NCBI GenBank assembly: GCA_965285935.1
Contig: OZ260663.1
Coordinates: forward strand, 55,118,001 to 55,182,000
Origin: Ophelia neglecta
Lineage: Eukaryota
Length of the DNA: 64,000 bases
Reading direction: 5' to 3'
Numbering within the stretch: position 1 is the stretch's first letter; the number at the start of each line of letters is the position of its first letter. Shown here piece after piece: positions 1-12,200 of the stretch. The notes under the pieces were generated by a model. It was not told the origin of the DNA and did not search any database. It saw nothing but the letters and a program-made list of their open reading frames with translations. The position numbers were made by a program, and so were the translations under genes.

Positions 1-924
1 TCAGACAATAAATGGGGATGAACAATACGTCTAGGAAAGTGTGCTGCAGATCATTAGGGCTGTCCATCCAAAAGGAGAGAACTGGTGGACAAAAGTCAAG
101 TAACAAAAGGTGATTCCACCTGACTGAATGTCTAAAGGTGTCTTCCTATTTCAACCAGTCCAGCAGACCAATGAGACGTATTAAATGTTTAAATACAAAC
201 GCCTGGTTATACTGGAGGGGAGTTGTGATAATATGTGTCTTTACATACGGTAATTAAGGGTTCAGGTGCCCTTTAGCCCCACTAGCACACAAGCCGTGAG
301 AAGCTACCTTGAGGTGACTCAATTGGCAAGCCAACCAAACTATTACCTAGCGGGAAGTTCATATCGCCATAGCAACTCAACAAAAGGGCCTGCCTTCAGT
401 TGACATTGACAGGCTTAAAGCTTTGACAAACAGTGAGGTTCACGTTCACGCTTAGCCTCCTCCTTGCATACCTATCACATTATTTTGCATATTCATGAGG
501 CTCGGATCATGTATCTTTAAGTATAATGGCTGGTGACGAAAACTATCATAACTTTGTAATTCTTTATCAAACCAATTTTATTCCTATGAAAGTAATAGGA
601 TGCACATGTGACATGTACTTTTCAGATGAGATAAGTTGAGAATTTGGCAAGTACGCCCAACAAGCAATCGAAATGTGTATAAAGTGATATTCCACTATCC
701 TCCTCCCATGTACTAGTCAATCACTCATACAAAATGGCTGTTTAAATACCAGAGGCGCCAGGCAGTCTGGCTCGACTACCTCACTGGGCCAGCCGGCTAT
801 TTTTAGTCAAGGCAATCCGCAGTGATCCCCAGAATTTCCTCAAATCTTACCAACAATGAATCACACTAGGAAAAAGATTTAATTTCAAGAAAATTAATAA
901 GACTAGGAAAAGCAGATTACTCAC

Positions 925-1003
925 GACATGAGCTTCGATAGTACGGATTTTGGTAATAGGGATGGTGTCCATGATGGTATGGTTGCTTTTGATATGGGTA
1001 CAT
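925..1003 (-). CDS. TCF12: Putative alternative first coding exon of the E-protein: MYPYQKQPYHHGHHPYYQNPYYRSSC (in-frame upstream ATG at 1030 adds MIGESCWSR)
   Basis: ATG-initiated, strongly biased Y/H/P/Q peptide ending at C|gtgagt in phase 1, the same phase as exon 3; no good acceptor upstream; local CpG-rich patch. Confidence 0.6.
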
Positions 1004-1214
1004 TCTCGACCAGCAAGACTCTCCTATCATTACTATGTGTAAGCCACGCTCACTTTCAACACAGTTCCTGCTATTCCAATACACACTTCTAATTATCCAA
1101 TAAATCAGTGACAAGGGAATTCCATGCTCAAAATGTCCTATGTAGAGTTCCTCGGCAAACTTCTGGCTGTATTTTTGCTTGTCCTCTGTGGCAAACTATG
1201 TACAAGTATGAATG

Positions 1215-1375
1215 CAAACAGAGCTGACTGCACGTTATCGCACCTTTCTCCTCTGGCCGCGAGGGAACCCCAGGTCTCAATTTAAATATTTGTTCTTTGC
1301 AGCTATGTTTATCTACGTCACTTGAGTCTGTCATATAACATAAGAATTTATCCTTTTGCCCTCAGCCAATAGCTG
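1215..1375 (-). promoter_or_regulatory. Putative internal promoter for the alternative first exon (TSS ~1229)
   Basis: The 11-mer CAGTCAGCTCT (1230-1220) is identical to the sequence at the main Inr (32289-32279); CCAAT near 1366; several CpGs inside an otherwise CpG-poor intron. Confidence 0.45.
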
Positions 1376-4300
1376 TCTTATCATTTGCAGATCTCCGAAG
1401 TTATAAACTATGCGCAAGGATTGCCTGTTCGAGGGGATCATTCACAACTTTTATCACTTCAAAAAAGTTGCTTACACCAATCCATTTTTCAACAGGGAAC
1501 ACCAATAACACAAAGCAAACTTTTTAACAGCGAATATACGTCTATTAACACAAACTGGTAAACATGCTTTACAAGTTACAGACGACTTACATACACAATT
1601 AGGGGCTAAGGGTACAAAAGCAGTGATTCCCTCAAGATTGTTTGGAATGCCTCTACCTTTGCCCCCACCCACATTAGGAGATTCCGCTGTACAGTGTGTG
1701 AGAGGGCCCATAAATTGTACCCTTGTGTCACACAAACAAAGGTCCCTGCCTCTCCGAGGGTGTAGAGTTGCACGTTCAGGTCATTTATCACACATAGAGA
1801 GGTATTCCCTGGTGCCGCTATGTCTAGCTGGGCAAACTCTTAGCCAATCAACAAATAGTTGTGACTCAGCAAGCATGACCGAGTTAGCTTGGCTTGGTAG
1901 ACATGCTGGCGCCCAAACAACCCAATACATAATACAGCTGCTAGTAAAATGCATGCAATCTAGGGACTCTCTCTTATCTGAGACTTGGCTAGTAAAAAAA
2001 TTGACAGACGTAAACTTAATATTCCAGCCATGGTAGTTTTAGGCTGAAAGAACATGGGTAAAAACTGTTGGCTTAATATTTGACAGGTCCAATGTATATG
2101 GTGGTGCACAGGCCCTTACTTTCGAAGTGTATGTACCTCCCACAGACTTAGTGTTTCATCCTGATGTCAATGCACAAGCGCAAATAGAAAGTTGATACCG
2201 GCTTCATCCCTAGTTCATTTCTTTAATTTGGACTAGCAATCCCTGCAAAGCTGCTTCCTCACACCTCTGGTCCCTGTCAGGCTTATATTTGTCCTGCTCG
2301 CTGCTTTCACCGGCTTTGGTTTTAATTCAACACAATTCTGCAGAGTAACGGTGCCACACGGTGAATACACAACGACATCCCCCTTTGACTGAGCATCAGT
2401 CCCATGGATCAACAGTTGGACTGAAATATCATTCATATTCTAATAGGGCCCCCCAAACTATAAATTCTCCAAGATCAATGGCCAACACCCCAGCATTGAC
2501 ATACTAAGTAGGAAGAAATTAAGCCTGGCCCTTTCCATCTCTTTTATTCTCACTCAGGCTACAAGCTTCACTTGCTGCACGTGAAAGGGTGAAATATGAT
2601 GGAAATTTGTTGAAGTAAAGCTGAGCAAGCCGACAGCTTCCTCCGGTGAAGCAGGATTGCCGAGAAGGTCCATTATCACGATTCTGCTGTATTAAACAAC
2701 GATTTGTCAAACATCTCTCAATCAATGGGTATTGTCGAAGGCATTAAAGCGAGAGCTTGGTCAATGTGGGACGATCAAAGGCCGCACTCCATGCAATGAA
2801 TCTTACTTCCAATTTTCCATCAGTCAAAGGTGACTTTACCAGCTCCAGATAGTAATTTGGTTGAGCACTATACTGAGGGAGTAAGTGGATCCATCTTGAT
2901 TTTAGTTATCTATGTTTTACTCATCACTGCACTTTGGCCAAATTAATACCCCCTGGTACAAAAACTCTATATGGTAGTTTAAAAATTCTTGTCTCTTATT
3001 AATTCAACAGATCTAACATACATACATGAAAGTAATAGAAACATCAAAAGGTAAAATTTAGTGAACAGCCCGAATAATAAGTGTAAAATACGTTTATGGT
3101 TATGTAAAGAACAAATCTAGATCAGAATGATAGTTGAAAGGGTCTGTAAATGGCTGATACCATCATCCATACAGCTCACCCTGGCCACTTTTTATTTCCC
3201 AGCCTCTTCCATGCACTGCGTACAAAGTATGTTTTTTGAACCTTTTGCATGACAGCACCTGAATTTTATCAAGCATGCTCTGATATGAATATTATCATAT
3301 AAGGGTTATGCACCAATTACTCTACACAGTGCTGGCTCATTTAAAGAATAATTCATACAAAAACACAAATGGTTTGCTTACACACACCTGTGTGCAGTAA
3401 ACCTGATGATTCAGTGTATATTCACATAAATACACAACCTTCTCTCATTGATTTACATACACCAATAGTATTTACACATTAAAGAAAACTATTTCCTATA
3501 ATGTGACAAATTCTATTTATTTTGAGATAATCAGATTTAATTTTGCACATTTTCAGATGTTCCTTTGACATATCCAACAAAGAAAAAGCGAAAAAGCGGA
3601 GAATTTTTTTTAAATCTGAGAATGAATAAACCCGTACCCTTCCCAGTACAGTAGAGTAGGGGGTTTTCAGTTTGTGTTAACTACCTATATGAACAAACCC
3701 TCTGTAACGGGCAAACCTTACTCTTCATTAAAATGACAAGTTATTGAAGAATTTCTGAAGGATGGAAAAGCTTTGATGTTTCACCACAGGTAAAACAGAA
3801 CATGACATATTAAACAATGACTACCCTGTTGAAAGCAACTTTTTATGACAGCTTTTGAAACGTATCTTGACATTCTTCATTCAAGCACTGGTGAAATAAT
3901 TACTTAAACTGCAGTGAACAATGACTGTGCATAGAGTTCATGATCCTTACTTTTTTTTTCAAAGACATTGCAGGCCATGGCCAATTGGCAATATGTTGGT
4001 GTTGGTAAACAGTACTCCAGTATCAGCTATCAAACGTGCTGTTGTACTGGTTACAGTCTAAAAGTACATATCCCAAGGCTGATAATTTGGATAAGACAAG
4101 GTTGAATGTAACCAAATAAAAAGGGGCAATGCTTTCAACTTTGGTGCGTTCCTTGATAACTACGGTTTATATCACGATACTTGAAAGCAAGATTATAGAA
4201 ATGAGGCGACATGCCCCACCAGGCACCTGCTATCTCATTTCAAACAATTGGCAATTATCACTTAAAATACAATAGACAAGAAAAAAAAATATTTAAGGCG

Positions 4301-7300
4301 GATATTAAATGGCTTTGAAAAACCATCTTACATTTTCTTCTTTTCTTATGAACATGTACTTATGAACTTTCGAATCTGATTTAGATAATGCAAATTTATG
4401 TTAAGCTCTGATTTTACAAGGTATTATTATCTGAACATATGTTTCATATTTCTGGCATTAATATCTTAGTACTGAAATTTGAATGGAATAATTAATATAC
4501 TGAAGTTCCTATCACAGTCCTGTTCAACCCAGTGACATGAAAAACCGATCCTGAGCCTATCAAATTAAACAGGCACAATGTTAACGCATGGCTGTGATAC
4601 AAGTAGAGTCCCCAATTACCAAACTTAACACTTCAGTGACACACCATGACCTATATGTGACAGGCATTATGACCTGGCCTAAATATGGCAACATTTGCCT
4701 TTACCAATGCCAGGGTATTGATTTCCACAGTTTCTATGGCACCTCCCATCTGTACAGTGTAATGGTGAAAGCCCACAGCCCGTGAGCCTGCCTGATGATC
4801 AGGTCTGTTTACGTTTTTTTGCTGCTTTGCTAGTGTGTACAGTTGTGAACAGCTGGGGTCTTTACCCGTGACTCTACTCCTGCTCAGCAGTGGCATAAGA
4901 ACATCTGCGGCTCTACCGCCCAACTCCAGCTGAACTTACTCTGGATCACTTGTCTCACCAGCAGCCAGCCCCAGCCTCAACAAGTTGCTCATGGGAGAAA
5001 GAACAACTAAACAGTTCTTTTAATGCTGAGGATGAGAATGCAAGAAAATATGTCACAAGACAATGTTATCAACATACAGTATTTGCATCAGGAATCATAC
5101 ATGTATGTCAGTATTCTGAATAAATTAAATACAATCATTGATCATTTCTAGCAATTTTCAAGTTTTGCTGTAAAAACAATTAGTAATTGGAAAACTGCCA
5201 TTTACTCATAAAAAAAAACAAATCCTTCCTGAGAATTAAAGAGCAAATGAAGACTTCAAAGTAGCAATGTCTGCTATGACAATACTCAATTGCTAACCAC
5301 CTACCTAGCATGCTAACACAATCAAGAGATAATTGCTAGGTAGACGGACATAGCCTTCCCAATACCTAGCCTATTCTACCAACACCCCATGTGCCGGCCA
5401 TTAGACAATTGCGACAGATTGGCTGTCACTTTCAGCTGTGTGCTTGTGGGGAGTTCTCCAGACACCTCCGAGGACTAAATAATCACCATCTCCCGAGTCA
5501 ATACATTGCTGAATCCTCTGTCATTCTGGGATTGCCAGAATACTGGTAATTACCAATCAGCTTCTCACAATTAGCTCAGGTAATTGGAACAGAACTGATC
5601 TGAAGTGTTTCTTATTCAATAACCAAACAGTAGTATGGTATAAGCTAGACATGTCCAGCATTTGTAGCTATGTAATAGCGGACAAAGCACCATTTATTTT
5701 CTGTATTCTGCTAGAAATGTTTTCTGGGAGACTTTAAAATCCATTACTGACCAATATTTATTTGCAGATAAAATTTTGTTTTGGAGCTGTTGAAATTTTA
5801 TTGCTGAAGGCAACAAGAACTAGACTCAGGACTTTGTTGACTCAAAACAGCAAGATACCACAAACGTGTCAGAGAATGCCAGGATCAGGCATAAAATTTC
5901 ATGTCATGACACTTGTCTGACTCCATGTTCCTAAAATACAGGAAGTAGGGTCTGGAAAGTCGTTCAAATACAGCCCATCTCTCGGCACAACTCCCAGATA
6001 GAGTTACAGCATGGGGGAATTAAAAAGACATTCTTTGACTGGGAAGTCAAAATGTTAGAAGGTAACATGGTAATAGGGAGGGAAGCTGATGACAGTCGAA
6101 TGGAAGAAAAACAAAAACATTCAGAAATCTATTTCTAAATTGGCTACTTCACAGCCGGCAGGCAAAAAACACTCGATAATATGGAAATGTCAAATTTATA
6201 AGAAGCCAGGTATTGACAGAGGGAGATTTGTACCAAGATGCATGGTTAATTCAACTGCGTTAAATACAAGAAATTGCTGTAGGCTGTTGAAGTTCACTAT
6301 CAATGGTAATTGTTCATCTGCACGAAGACCACTGTTACGAGGCACAAGATGGTCAAGCAGAAAGATAGCAGCAGTGGAGATAATTCAGAGACAAATGATT
6401 CTATCAATCCTTCAGTAATAGGGCAATTGAGAGAAGCAAGTCCCAGTAGGGCTCTAAAAGATTGGGAAATTCATATTGAGAGACATAAATGTAAGTACCA
6501 GTAATTTGGACAGCCTCATTGTTATTAATACTCAGATGACCGTTCATTTTGTTACTGGTAAAATATCCCACTCAATACCTTCTATAAGAGTTTCAATATG
6601 AGACAAGCAATATTTTATACAAAACAAATAACATTGAAAAATGAAAAGAATTAACAGAGAACTAAACACTTCTAGCCCCTTCAAATATTATCTCAGTATG
6701 ATCATATTGAATATTGTACACTATACATCAATACAAGTTTATCTTTCACCTATCAAGTGAATTGCACCCATTCATCACTGATAACATCAGCTGAAGAAAA
6801 GAAATACATGAATCTAAATCCATAATCTGTCCAGCCACACCAAACTGCCAAACAACACTTAGAAAGGTCACAAATAGCATTATTTAATTCTCTCCAAACC
6901 ATTATTCTTGAAAATTATATCTGACACCAGACTTGTTTACCTTTGAAGATAAGGAGATTGCTTTGGAAAATTAACAAGATTTGTTTCATAATAATTTAGT
7001 CGCAAGAGGGCACACAAGGCTTGGGAACTTGGCAGCTGTTTCTGACATTAGGCTACTAGTAATCAGAAAGATGACAACATCACAACCTCAGAATGCCCCA
7101 GACCAACCAGCGATAAGCTGTCATATAGTAAGCAACATACATTAAATTTATAATGGCTAAATAATCAATAATTTCCAATGCAAAAAATGGTGCTTTACAA
7201 AATCCTTGACACAGATGCATGTAGAGGGGATGCCTTACAGCCATTTTGATTGTTTTTTTTCCGCCCAAGAATATTTTGTTAAGGTATTAAAGGAGATGTT

Positions 7301-10300
7301 TTGACACAGCACGAGACCACAAGCTATGAGTGCCAATACTATCTGATATTAATATGTAGGTCTGGATCTAAACTCAACCCATATGCTTCCAATATCTATA
7401 GCGTCTACACAAACTAGCAGTAGGGTTTTCAGCAGTATTGATCACCTCTCATGCTGTATGAAGACCCTGGCACCAATCTTGTCTGTCATAAGTTCACAAT
7501 GATATGTCCCCACCAGGAGTATTTATACAGCTTTCATTGATCACTTTCATATATCTATACTTAAGCCATTTTCACCATTTCCTCTACTAGCCCATGAAGA
7601 GAGGTGTATATACATGCTAATGCTATACACTGATCAAATAGTCTATTATTACTGGTGGTACAAACATTGCCTAAACAAGATCACATCTACTCTTAGAACC
7701 AACACTACTATGTTTATTAACTACTTGTTAATATGGATCTGGCTATAGTAATGATCAGTGGTCAACTGGTCAGATGGCAATGTTCATTGACATAGGATAA
7801 ATCTGTTTTGTAATCTGACCACTGTGCTAAGAAATGACAAAGAACTAGACAAAACATGAAGTGTTCAGTTCATCTCTGAGCCACAGTCAATCTGACAAGC
7901 GGAAGGTAGACCGCCTAAAATGACACACATCCATTGTTACTATCATTGATGGCTGGGTGCTAAGTAACAGGAAGTCCTAAGGTTTGTGTTTTGCTGGCAG
8001 TGAAGCGCTTTGGCAAACACAGGTTAATCTTCAACGGAAAGAGGCCTTCAGCATGGATCACAATTATTGATTTATCTATTGAGTAATTTAGTTATCAGAT
8101 CACTTTCTTTTCCTGCCCATTTCCTGGCCCACTTGAGAAGCAGTTAGCTGCTGTTTATTAAGTACCCTGTGCCACCTCCTACATCCCCCACCACATTCAT
8201 CATTCTCTACTACACCTCCCCGGGGACCACTGACAATCCAAAATTTAAGTCACGAAATACCAAAAATTATGCCACCTAACTCGAGTGACTCATTTTCTAA
8301 TTACTCCTGCCACATAAAGCTAACAGAAATGGCAAACATAGCGCGACATTCATCATTTTTATCACAAAAGATGAAGTCAATGCCCATCGAGTGAAGGTTC
8401 TAAGATCCTAGATCAATCGACAGTGGCCATATTACAGGCTAATTATTCAGATTTCCATCTCAAGAAACCATTCCAAGTGCTGCTAAATATTTTATATGAT
8501 CATGCTTCCATCTAGTGTCTTTGCTCCAGATACTTTCTAAATGTACACATAAGTTGGCAAGAGCAGAGAACAGCTGTTACATTTCCACAGGACTATTCAC
8601 TGGGCTAGCTGGCTCTGACTACTGCTGGTTTTTCTCATCATCGATATTCGAGTGTTGCTAACATGCAAAGCACTCGCAGGTCTTGGTTATTGGCCTCTTT
8701 TCATTTATTTATCAAATATTAACCACAAGAAGCTTTGATTAACCTATCCAATATTGGCCATATTGAGATCATTAGGCGGATATTGGCAAACTAGTCAGGG
8801 CCAGCAAACTTTCCCTAATACAAATTATGCGGCCAACCATCAATATTTCTTTCCCCGGCAAACAAGATCATGGTCTGAACATGCCTTGTGCCGCAGCATT
8901 CGCAGCAGGATGCATCTAGCTTCTTTGTTGACTTCCCTGAACCTTGCACTGCATGAGATGAAACAGAGAAACACTTAAAGCCTTCTGACAGGAACAAACA
9001 CTTAACACTTTACACATAATAAAATAACAGTCAGACTCATACCACCACATAAACTTAATAAAATCTTACTTTATATAAGCTATTAAATAGCTTACTAACA
9101 TGTTCAATCTCAAGTCACAGTGGCTTCACTGGCAGCAATGGTCCATTCCTCAAAGACACACACACAGAAGTCAAACTTGTACTTAAAGAAAGGTCAACAT
9201 TTTCAGTGCATTTCTTTTAGAAATGACCTTGTAGGTGTCTAGTAGTAGGCGTTACTAGTTTTTTGTGTGACCAAACAATATTTGAGTCCTATGTACAAAG
9301 CATTAGCCAAGAATAAAAAGATGCACCTGATTGCAATAACAGTGTTTACATGTTGCTTTGGCTGTCAATTAGTAAATTTGCAGATGTTGTCCAGATGGGA
9401 GTGAGAGGGCGGTGAGGTAAGTGGGTCAGTGGGTGAGAGAGCCACCTGGCTTGGGCCTTCTGCTGTGGTATCTATCTCTGGCTGTAGTACACACCACCTG
9501 ACCCCATTCCCACACAACCTGTCTCCTGCCCCACCCTCCACACTCCCAGCCTGTCCGCCTGCCACCCACACCAGGACAGATGCTGTCCCTCCTGCAGGTG
9601 TAGCTAGCCAGGCTGTGTCAGAGAGAGGGAGAGAGCCCTGTTATGTGTACAATGTAGTGTGCCGGGATGACTGGCTCCAGCTTGCCATTCCCTGACCCAC
9701 TTCTGCCAAAAGCACCTTGCCTGCATTTGTTTCCACTTGTGTGTCGGCAACAGGCCATGGAGCATTGGCCATCTGGGGCCCTGCTAGGCCCCACCAGCTG
9801 CTTTTACAGTCCATTCACCACTTTATTCAATGCCAGCCATTACACACAACAGGGCAGCATGGGTGTCTGTTTTATAGCCATTTATACATTTATAAATACA
9901 CTCAAATTATTGATCTACATGTATGAACATGTATGTGATGTGTTTCTACAATATATTGTTGGCAGCTTTAGTTTCCTTTTCTCTATTAGCAGAAGAGGAG
10001 CAAAGGCAACAGAGTTTATAGCTTGGCTTGGGAATCTGCTGGCCCAGCCCGACTCAGGCTCTGTGTACATCAGAATGGTGGGCAGGTGTTTTCCAGAGGC
10101 GCACAGAGATTGATTACGATTAATCACATCCCACAACTGGGGCCTGCTTTCCGTGGGCAAATCAAAATCAACTTCAGCTGGTTTTCCCTGCCAACTACAG
10201 CTTCTCTCTGCTACTGGGGCCATGTAAACTCCACTGAACGGGAATCAATCCAAAGCCAACATATGGCTAGTTACTTTATAATTTAATAAGTAAACACAGC

Positions 10301-12081
10301 AATCTAAGGGCAAAGGGAAGAAAGGAACTTAAGATGATTTTATTTCATTTCCAAAAGAGAAATATTGTTAACTCTGAAGACTTTATAAATAAATAAGAAA
10401 ATGTTTAAGATTAAGATTTTGATGTACTTTGAAAAAGTGTGACAAAAATGTTGTCTTTTGCTACCTTTTTAATTGTGTAGGGCATAAATACTTGTATGAA
10501 GGAGTACAATAATGACAAGAATGCCCAGAATGTTTCAATAAGACAATCTTTCAAGGTTAACTTCATTACATAATTGCAAGAGGAAAAAGCTGAGCTGCTG
10601 GTCCTGCTATATAGCCTGTGCTGCCAACAGGAATTATTCTCAGACAATTTGTTAAGCATTAGTTTCCCATTTACTGGAGCTATCATTTACAAACCATTGA
10701 CCCCTAGTCATTATTCTACAAATTAAGCAACCCCATTAGCAAACAATTTGACTTTCAAATAGTGCCAGAAAGCATTCCTATCAAATTTTAATAAAACATG
10801 GTCGTTCATTAAATCAATCTACAATTCCAGAATATGCAGTGGATGAAGATTAGATCAGAGGCATTAGATAGCTCCCGCAATTCAACAAAATGCATAAATG
10901 CCAGGGCTAATTTTTCCAAATATTTGGTCAGAATTTGTTGAGTGAGCAATCCCCTGCTGCAAGGTTAGTCCATTAGGAGAGTAACTCAATCTATTGTCAA
11001 AATGGTGTCATCTCCACCACGCAGCCCACTTAAGCCTAATATCAAGTCCCAATCTTAAATAATTATTCAAATGAGCCAGGGCCTCCTCTAACATGAGCAA
11101 GGCATCTAGTCCAGCATTCATTCGCACAATGCCTTTTGTTACAACCAGATCATTCAAGTTGCAAGCCATTTATATTCCACAATTTTTACTGTGCAAAAGA
11201 CTTCAAAGCAGAGACACAGTCCAACCCCTAATTCTCCTGTTACAAACTGAAACGGGGAAATTAGATTAAAGAAATTAATTTAAAACACTCACTGACAAAA
11301 GAGACAGACAAAAAGATGTCAATATAGGATTCCATTGAATGCTAAGCACAAAATGGTTGAGTGTACACCTACTCTTCTAGATATAGTTTTCCTCAACAGT
11401 CCTCGTGTAAATCCAATAATTAGTCTTGGGGCATAATAAGCCTGCTTATTCCTGTATTCACTTATATCATAATTGCATTAGGCAGGGAGCATTGTTGGGT
11501 GTCTACTCCCCTTCTAGGCAGGTTCCCCTTGATTCCATTAGAGAATTTGCTAATGTGTGTCCCTGGGCACTGAGGCCAGCCCTGACCATGCTGAATGCCA
11601 ACCCTTAGCATTGATGGACAAATAAAGGCAGCTAACAGAATAGGCCAATCAAAGTTGTATTGCTGTAAATCTTCAAGCAAATTTCCTTCACATGCAAGGT
11701 GCAATGGTACATGCAAAGCAACTTTAATTTCACGAAACGACTGCATTTAAAAATTTGATCACATGAACTGCCAGACAACCAGTGTTTCAAATTATGACTG
11801 ACCTCCCTGAGGTGATTCTTAAGCAATGCTCACTGTATGAGGATCTGGGGTCTTTTGAAGAGGTGATTTGGGACAGCTTAAAATGTAGGGACATCAGACT
11901 TGTTCACAATGATAAGTGGCCAGAGACCAGAAAATTACAATAGTCCATAGCGTTGGCCATAAATGCCAAAATTAAAATCCATTTTTGACAGTTGCCATGA
12001 AAAATCAGGCAATAATGCTGGTGTTAAGTACACTTTAACAACTCATTTCTATTCCGGCCAGTTTTAGGCAATGTTCCCCTT

Positions 12082-12200
12082 GGGTGTTGGCTCAGTGGTA
12101 ACATGCTTGCGGCTTTCCATGCCAGGGCCACAGGAGGGCCATTCTCAAAAGATAGGCGGCTGCAAAACAGACCGCTGGATTTGACTCCAAGGTTTTCAAT
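12082..12200 (+). mobile_element. Possible decayed tRNA-derived SINE head
   Basis: Pol III A-box-like TGGCTCAGTGG at 12088-12098; only a degenerate B-box candidate (ggatttgactcc ~12177); no cloverleaf. Confidence 0.28.

Noticed and set aside
4959-4992. ATG..phase-1 donor mini-exon MSNLLRLGLAA (similar cases MGE at 18519-18528 and MK at ~3722-3728)
   Set aside because: Such short ATG-to-donor pairs arise by chance, and none has promoter or compositional support.
6089-6504. Plus-strand ORFs of 109 and 64 aa; likewise 1623-2036, 9667-10113, 17192-17617
   Set aside because: Antisense within introns, no recognisable domains and no splice support.
6750-6790. Strong minus-strand acceptor tttcttttcttcag as a possible E-protein exon 4
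   Set aside because: The phase-1 frame (ADVISDEWVQFT) hits TGA before a good donor, with no convincing similarity; exon 4 is probably outside the window.
9411-9422. Perfect plus-strand donor GAG|GTAAGT
   Set aside because: Isolated, with no matching exon or promoter for an antisense transcript.
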